A stretch of 64,000 nt of DNA from Phoronis australis. Taxonomy: Eukaryota > Animalia > Phoronida. Position numbers and translations under genes: made by a program. Below the pieces are notes generated by a model, which worked only from the letters and a program-made list of their open reading frames with translations, did not search any database and was not told the origin of the DNA. The DNA lies in the NCBI GenBank assembly GCA_002633005.1, contig NMRA01000571.1, positions 81,299-145,298 of the forward strand, in the 5' to 3' direction. Positions 53,201 through 62,200 of this stretch are shown piece by piece (within the stretch, counting starts at the first letter, position 1; the number at the start of each line of letters is the position of its first letter).

Positions 53201-56200
53201 GTCGGAGGGCGTCAGGGAACCGTCCGGCCAGCGCCAATGACGGGTGGAATTCGAGCATGTAGATATTACGCAATGCTGGCCTGAAAAATCGTGAAAGGTG
53301 ACAACAACTGTCGAGGCAGTAGGAAAGGCGTGATATTCATTGAGTGACTGACGAATACATCCACGAAACGTCAATATCTCCTCTGATGTATGCATTTAAT
53401 TCTTAAAAAGCAAACACCAGCTTGTACAATGATTTATCTTACATGATCACATGACGTTGTAAATACAATGCAATATTTGCATACAAAAACATGACATTAC
53501 CTTGCATCAAAAGCAACACCAAGTCACTGTTTCTACTTTGGATAACAGGGCTGCACTCAAAAAGTTTATCAGTAAACAAAACCTCCCTGAAATATCCTTA
53601 CTTTTCTCCTAGAATACGTTTCAATTCGCGCTAAATCATGATGGGTATTACTCCATGCACGTCTTGTCAAAATTGCAACAATTTATGGCTGCACACAAGT
53701 CCATTCATGAATAAACAACTAGCAGCTAAGCACGATAATATCGCATTAAATTACAACAAAAACGCTACTGTATCGCAACTAAACTTCGAAGCAATTGCAG
53801 CCCAGAAGTTCAGGAAAGATGGTTTTTCAAGTTTTGTCGAATACCATCCAGTTCAATTTGAAAATTAAACGATGCTCTCAAGCATACACCTAAAGTTACA
53901 GACATTTTGACTTTACTTTTCATTTAAGAAGAAACTCGCCGTCAACACACCCACCAAGGGAAAACCTTTACGCAGCACACCAGTATCATTGCATTATTTT
54001 GAAGACAAACTATTGCCTGCCAACTGACAAACAGTAACTTTTAATAAAACTTCTGGTAATAGTCTGATATAACGTGCCCGAATTTTGAGAACCAGTTTTC
54101 TCCACTGAATTACGGGCATCAACCTGGTTCTCAAAATACGAGCACATTATATACGACTATTGCCAAATCTTCCATACAAAACACATTGATTGAACGTGTC
54201 AGCTGAAATATCAGGTAAGTGTATGGACTCGTGTTACCATCATTTTCGCATTAGACCGCTTTTATCAGAAAGATGTACAGTTACTGAATAATGTTTTTGT
54301 GAAAGATTTAAAAGAAAAAATATTACTTTCTATCAGAAAAATTTTTAAACAATAAATCTTATTTCCAAAAATGTTTTCTTGATAAAATATGATGCGCAAA
54401 CAAAATTTGACAGGAATCCTAACGGTAATTAGACGACTGACACTGCTTTAACTAAAAAATTGATTTTAATTCAATAGATTAATTGAACACAAACTCAAGC
54501 TACAAGAGAGCCTAGGTTCAGGCCATTGAAAGCAATCACAAATTAGTTTTCCTGTAATGTTATTTTGACACCTGTTCCGTCACCCATTTGTTAGATCTCT
54601 CAAAAGCCTTTGCAGCAGTTAACCACACTAGCGCACTAACACATGTGTGCAACATTTGGGTTCCCATAAGACATTCACATACTAAAAAAGCGCGTACTTG
54701 TGTCTTGTATCTAAAACGTGAAATAAGGAATACAACACCACCGTGGAAAACCAGCACTACAATTAAACGTGGAAAACCAGCACTATAATTAAATGTGGAA
54801 ATGATGTGCAACAACATAGAAGGCCCCCCCTCCATTCCATTTTGTGACGAAAGTTCCTGCACTTTGAGTATTAGTCAATACAATGAGCGTCAAAGCTGAA
54901 TTTTCTACAATATCAAATATCAGCAATTTCAAAGAGCAATGGCTAGAAAAAGAACTGAGGTGGAATAAAATTTCGTCTGGTAGTGCAAATTTTCAGCTTT
55001 GAACACTCAAGCTAAATGGTCATGCACACAGATTTAGTACAGTCATACAACACGTGCTCGTTATTTTTTCCCCAATACTAGCTGCAAACTAAAAAACAAT
55101 TTTTAATTTATTTTTGGGATATGATACCAGTAACACAATCCTCATTTAGTATGCTTTTTTGAATTAGAAACAAGACACAACTGTGGACAATCTAGTAACC
55201 TTTCCAATCAAATCGGTATGACCAAATTAAAATAAACCAAAAATTTGAAAGGCATATCCTCTTCGAACTGATCAATTTAGTTTGCAACTAGACTAAGTCT
55301 GATAATGAATGAGTGGGTGTTAGCTTCAGTGCATGCACATGGCAACAGCATGCCAAGTTACCGTGGTTGCGGCGCATCCTCGTCGCCCCTGGAATGGTTG
55401 CGTGGCAACAAAACGCATAGTAAGAAAACAAAAAATATCATAAGATAGTTCCACAACTAACTAAAGAACAGAACAGAGGGACAAAAGTACTTGAAACAAC
55501 ACATTGTTCTGTTAAGATGGTTTTGATCAACACGTTGTGGAAATAGAAACAAAGAAAAGGCACATCTTGTGAGAATGTCTAACTTCATCAAGGCCACAAT
55601 TGCCTTCTCTGCAAGAGTAATGTAGTCAGTAATTAAGAATAACATTGCTTAATACATAGCACAAACAAAATCTGATCCAGTAACTACTGAATGGAGAACA
55701 AAGACTATGAAAGCCCTTAATTATAAAAGACAGAGATAAAGTACCATAACCATTGGCGTCAACACCCAAGGCATTTCAAACAAATCAAAATTTGACAACA
55801 AACATAATGCCACAAAATAGGATTCGAAGGTGCCAGCATTGAAAATTAACGCAAATGGATATGGAAAGAGTTATTTTTATAAGAAACTAAAATTTAAAAA
55901 ATGTATAGGGCCAAGAAAGCACGGTTGGTTTTAGTAAGTTTTTTGAAAATCAAATTGACAGTACGGTATTTGTGGGAGCTCATTTTTTCAAACGAATCCA
56001 CGCGAGACACACAAAAATGATGCGATATCTGTTTTTTACTAATTGCTCGGCAAATCAAACCTTGCTTACCTTTGCTTACATGCCTTTGCGCAGCTGTTCA
56101 ATAAACATGAGACTTCAGCTGAAATTCATGCAGGCCAGGGTTTTTTGTTGGCCTTAAAATGAGTTGGGGTGGAGACCAGAACCAATTTTGCTTTTTTGGC

Positions 56201-59200
56201 CTAAAGAACATGATCTACGAGAGACAAGTTGAAAACACAAATGAAAAACAATAAAAAAAAACAATTTAACACAAGTAACTATCCTAAGATATTCTAAGAA
56301 GTATTTCTATCTATCATCAGCCTTAACACCTCGTGTCATACCTGCTGATGTTCACTGAGATCGGTAACTTTGGTATGATTTTCTCCGGCATTCCAAAGAG
56401 ATCCTCGACGTCTGCTCGGCAGACACGCTGAATGTACTCACGTTGGTCTTCGATCTGTAGACAGATAGACAACCAAAGTTACTCAATGTTCTAGGGCATA
56501 CCAGTCCTTGTCCATACAGTGATTCGATAGCATGAAATAGAAACAGCTAACTTAAGAAAGACCCTGTGAGATGGTACAAACCTTAGACAAAGGAAAATTA
56601 GCGCAAGAGTTATATTGAAATATCCGAGCTAGCATAATCTAGCAGGAGACTTTCAAAAATCAAAATCCCCTACTCAATGAAGTATCTATCAATTTGGGAA
56701 ATAAAATAAATTGCCAAAATTGAAACCAAGTCCGCAATCTTTTAAACAAGCACCACCATGCTGATAGCGTGCCAGAGACAGATTAAAATCCAAATCAATT
56801 GCTTCTTCAAGCACATTTTAGTTAAATTAAAATTTTTGCCTGGCAAGAATCAAATGGACTGAAAATTTAATCAAGTCCAGTCCCCTGAAGCAATCAGATG
56901 AACATCAGATGACTTTGCAAACTCAGTAAATGGAGCAATAAAACTGAACTGGTTCAAATCAACACGACTTCAACAAAAACTCTCGCCACAATCTTCTGTT
57001 CGAAGCAGCCAGCTAGACAATACCTGTTTGTCTAGCACGTTCTTGATTAAAGTCGCCTCCAGTCGAAGGATGACGCACTCCAGCCTGTACGACTTGACAA
57101 AGTACGTGTCGGCGTAGTCAACACGCGGTGCACGGTGCAGAATATTGGTTATCGTTTGTGCCATATTGCGCTTTTCGTCACGGTCAAGGATGTGGTGATA
57201 GGCCTCCACGTAGCAATTAAGTAGCTGAAATCAACAAGCGCACAATAGTCATGTTAATAATAAGAAATTCATACTGCAAAGTGATAAGATTTATACACAA
57301 ACTTACGGCAGTCACAGTAACAGCGCAGCCTCTGCACGAGTCTCTGGCATTCTGCCTCTAGTATGGGGTTTACCATCATTTCTTAATTTTTATGTTTCTT
57401 GCTATCAGACGATTTATACCCATTCCAAAGGCTAGACATTATTGAATGAATTGAATAAAATCATGGTTAAGTTTATAGACTGGAACTTTAGTATATCACT
57501 CTTCATCTTGTCGGTCTGATGAATATTAATAGCCATAGACATACATTGGTTTAGCAGCCTACAATGGTTGGAAATAATTGAGGTTTTCTCATATAACATC
57601 CACAAGGGGTGTGTACTTTTAAAAATTACTAGGCCATTAATAAATTACATGGCCACGTGCAAACAGAAATGACTGAAATGTTACAACACATCCCACTTAC
57701 ATGGAGCTTGTTTTCCAGGAAAGCCGTGTGATTACTCCAGAGATCCAGAAGGATGGCGAAGCGGTCAATTTCCTGGTGAGCATATTCTGGAATCTCGAAA
57801 TCCCCGGCAGTCCTCACCTGCTTAGCAAATAAAGAAGTGCAAGTGGTTAGGTTCTGCTTATGCGAACCATGAAGATGCAAATCACGAGAACAGGCCCTTT
57901 GCATGCAACACCTAACCAAGATCAAAGTCAGATCTTAGATGTGACAGGCACTCACTTAAAGTGATGTTTTCGGCAAGAAAAGTGATTTTCTGTTGCAGCA
58001 CAGTCTTGAGCATGGAACCTTCGCAGTCACACTTAAATACTCTGCTTGTGGAGCTAAGCCCCACAGAGTACTTTAAGCACATTAAACTTGTAAAGACGTC
58101 AGCCACAACTTCAACAAATGCCAGCGATTGATTATCTTAAAATTACAAAAAATCCGATTTCCTGGTAAAGTTAACAACTTCAAAAAGTCTATCCCATCCA
58201 ACGATGTTCCCCAAAATGCATTTTTGTCCCATACAAAGGATAATGACCCATTACCTACAACATCAGGAGGCTTCATACAGGTGTTCCACAATCTTATGAT
58301 ACAGACGAGCATTAGTCAGCACTAACACTTGAATACACTCGCTGGAAGTCAGCTTGTAGTATTATTCAGCAGAAAGAGCTAAGTAAAAGTAATTTTATGA
58401 GGTACCTTCAACTTGCATTTTGTAATCGCCAAGGGAAGTGCGACCCTTACCAAAAGTCAATTCCAGGTGATAACATGACCTGGAGTTGCTGCTCAGTAGC
58501 AGGACAAAGTACCAACCCTGACTTAAAAGATTCACTCACTCGGCCAACCATTGCTGCATAACAGGTAACTANTGCCTACAACATATAGTGCATGGCAACA
58601 AATGCAAACGTCTGTCCGTTTTCCTAAAGGAGACTGGCAGGCTTGAAAACTTTCTTCACAAGGAGCCATAATTGGGGTCTCGTGCCTTTGCTCAGGTGTT
58701 TTGTGCAATGGGCCCAACCATGAGGCCTGCGCACGTCTGATGCACCGCAAATGACATCAGACCACCTGCACTGTTTTTTTTTTGTGACAGGCACTCACTC
58801 TTGCCGAAAACATCACTTTAAAAAGTGATGTTTTCGGCAAGAAAAGTGATTTTCTGTTGCAGCACAGTCTTGAGCATGGAACCTTCGCAGTCATAATCAA
58901 ATACTCTGCTTGTGGAGCTAAACCCCACATAGTACTTTAAGCACATTAAACTTGTAAAGACGTCAGCCAAAACTTCAACAAATGCCTGGCAGACAATGGC
59001 AGCGATGGATTATCTTAAAATTACAAAAAATCCGATTTCCCGGTAAAGTTAACAACTTTAAAAAGTCTATCCCATCCAACGATGTTCCCCAAAAAGCATT
59101 TTTGTCCCATACAAAAGATAATGACCCGTTACCTACAACATGAGGAGGCTTCATACAGGTGTTCCACAATGGTACAGACGAGCATTAGTTAGCTCTAACA

Positions 59201-62200
59201 GATAAATACACTCACTGGAAGTCAGCTTGTAGTATTATTCAGCAGAAAGAGCTAAGTAAAAGTAATTTTATGAGGTACCTTCAACTTGCATTTTGTAATC
59301 ACCAAGGGAAGTGCGACCCTTACCAAAAGTCAATTCCAGGTGATAACATGACCTGGAGTTGCTGCTCAGTAGCAGGACAAAGTACCAACCCTGACTTAAA
59401 AGATTCACTCACTCGGCCAATCATTGCTGCATAACAGGTAACTATGATAATCCTACTTCAGAACAAGTACTACCACAATCACACGCAGCAGTGTTCAGTA
59501 ACTGTCCCAACTACTAAAGACTGCAACAGAGAGCTCTACATCACATTGGTCACTACCTGATTCCTTTTTGCCGCACTTCGCTTGATGCCAACCGCACATC
59601 TCATTTCCTTGTCTTTCTCGATAAAGTGCGTCGCCATTAACAGGAGATCATCTTCGAGGTGTCTGTGAACACAAGTGGTGGGTATAACAATGATGCAGTC
59701 TAAAACTTCCATGCACCAAGTTCAAGAAGATAATTATAACAGTCTGTACTACATTATGTCATTCTGTTCTTTAAAGCAAAACATAACAGAGATGTCGATC
59801 ACCTGAAGTATGAAAATACAATGACTGGGCTGTTTCTAGGTGAGCAAAATCAAAAGTTAAGATACAATGCGTAAAATCTCTCTGAAATAATGTGAACAGA
59901 CCATGCAGAAATATAAGCGGCAACAGTATAATTTTTCATTACGTTGATTGTGCCATCCACCTAAAATCCCCATTAGGTTCTAAAGGCACAATGAACCACA
60001 CAAACTAGACGCAGGTCCATTACTACCATGTCAATGAGAGGTCATTGTCGAAAATGGCCTCACTGTTCAGACTGGCCAGAATTAGTAGTCATGACTGACA
60101 ATGTGGTAGAGTGCCAGAAAGTGCGTCTAACCACATCGAAGCAAGACTTACTTGAGATCTTCGATGGCCGATTCGTACATAATATAGTACCCCCTCTGGT
60201 CTTGTACATGAATCCGCCCCTCCTCTACCGTATAGAAGTCATCGTGGTTCTCGACCTCAGAAAACTCCATGAACGCAGCTTCGTCGATTCTATAAATAGT
60301 ACGATCAATTAGTAAATGGAAAATGCCTTCAACTGATTAACTAGTAGTGACTGGGTGAAAAAGAAGGGGATGACACAAATCTGAGCACACTAATTCAACA
60401 ACAAGAACATTTCACGTAATGAAAATTCATCAAAGAGCTTAGACATTGAGACAGATGCATTAGAAATTGAAATCAGGTACGCAACTTTCAAAAACAGCAC
60501 ATTTACCCAACTCGATATGACCCGTATAGCGGTTTGGCAGGCAGAAATGGGTAGATGCCAAAAAAAGTTAAAACTAGAAGGTGCACCACATGTCAGACCC
60601 GCCCAAAAATAGGTAGATAGTACATATCTGCCAAATTTTATGAAGTTCATCAATAAAGAACACTGATAAGTAGATAGAGAGGTAGGCACCAGCAAATAAA
60701 AATGCCCCAAAGGAGTGTAGATGAAATCAGAGCAGTCCAGAGATTGGCCTGCACTGTCCTTTCAGTGACACAAACATGTCAGCAAAAGTTTACGAAGATC
60801 CATTCAAGCAATGCTTGACAGAACAGGATATTTTCTAAATGATTGTTGATAATCAATCATCATGCTTTAGAATTACAAAAAACAAACAATTCCAGGGGAA
60901 AAAATCAGTAATGCCACAATTTATTTAAGCTGTTCTTATAACATAATGAGCAAAGCATCAGACGTCTTCAAAATAACACCATAGCACTTTAAACTGTTAG
61001 TTAAAACAAAATGCTTGTCTTTGAATACTCTATTATCAAGTGTCACTTACTTGAAATCAGCTGGTGTATTGTGTATGTAGGCATGCGAGCTGAGACCCCC
61101 GCCCCCTGCCACGCCACCATCCGATGACATTCCCCGTCGGTGGTTCTGATGGCTACAATACAAACTCAGTATGTTAAAAAAGAAGTGTTATGTTTCACAC
61201 AAATACTAAAAAACTCTAATCTGGTCAGTTAGAGTTTCAATTTCAGACTCCTAATTCCACATGGTTACCACAGTAACTGTGGACAAGGCAACCTAACTAC
61301 AACAGACTGACATTCAATTTCAGGAATAGTTTTCTAACAATAACATTCCAACCAATGCTGTTATCCTTATGCTGATTTTGTTTACTATTAATAAACAAAG
61401 CATAATCAGCAAGGCCACTTTTACTTGACTGGCAAGAACCGTACAGAAACATGGGAATCCTGACTAGACCAGCAACTAGTGATTTTGTTCTGCAGTGTTT
61501 GACAACCAAGCTGGAACTGTTGTACTAAATTTTACAATATTATTTGTGAAAACGTAGAGTCAACAGACAGCAATTGCAGGAAGAAAATCGTGCATTGAAA
61601 TAAGCGCCTCGCTAAGTGACACGCTTATGACATCACCGTGAATCATAATGTTACCTTTGACGCTTCAAATTCCCTGCCTCCAGTGATAGCCCGCCGTCAT
61701 TGATCGTAATTGTCCTCTCAATGGAACGGAAATAGTTCAGGATAGAAAGAGTCTGAGAGAAAACAAAAACAGTTGTAATCATCATCACTAGCAAATGATA
61801 AAGGAGAAAAGGGGACTTAAAATAAATTGAATTAATCTGATGGGCCTATTTGAGTACTTTCAATTTCTTAGTATTTTAAGAGTTAATTAGGTCAGACATT
61901 TGCAGAAATCTAAGCCAACGTCTTTACTATTTGAAAATGCTTAATACTGGTATTCAACATGTGCTCAGCAGATGAGTTTTCAATTGCTAACTGTGGACTA
62001 AGGGGTTTTGATTCTGTGCTACTGCTAATTTCTGCAAGTTAATTTAGTTTTCTCAGCAACAAGAACATTTAAGAAGACGGATTTTTCATTAATAAATTTT
62101 GCACACTTTACTTACAATAAATGGCACTCTGAACCTTTTCTATCACAATGAAATGAACAGATGAAATAACAAGTTGCAACACTTACGGTTCTCTGCAGAT

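Noticed and set aside
52701-53273. 190-aa ORF taken as a standalone gene
   Set aside because: It is exon 53052-53280 read through into the intron. The true frame resumes at 52761.
59413-59452. Microexon upstream of a strong GTGAGT donor
   Set aside because: The 14-nt version has an in-frame TGA and the 40-nt version breaks phase.
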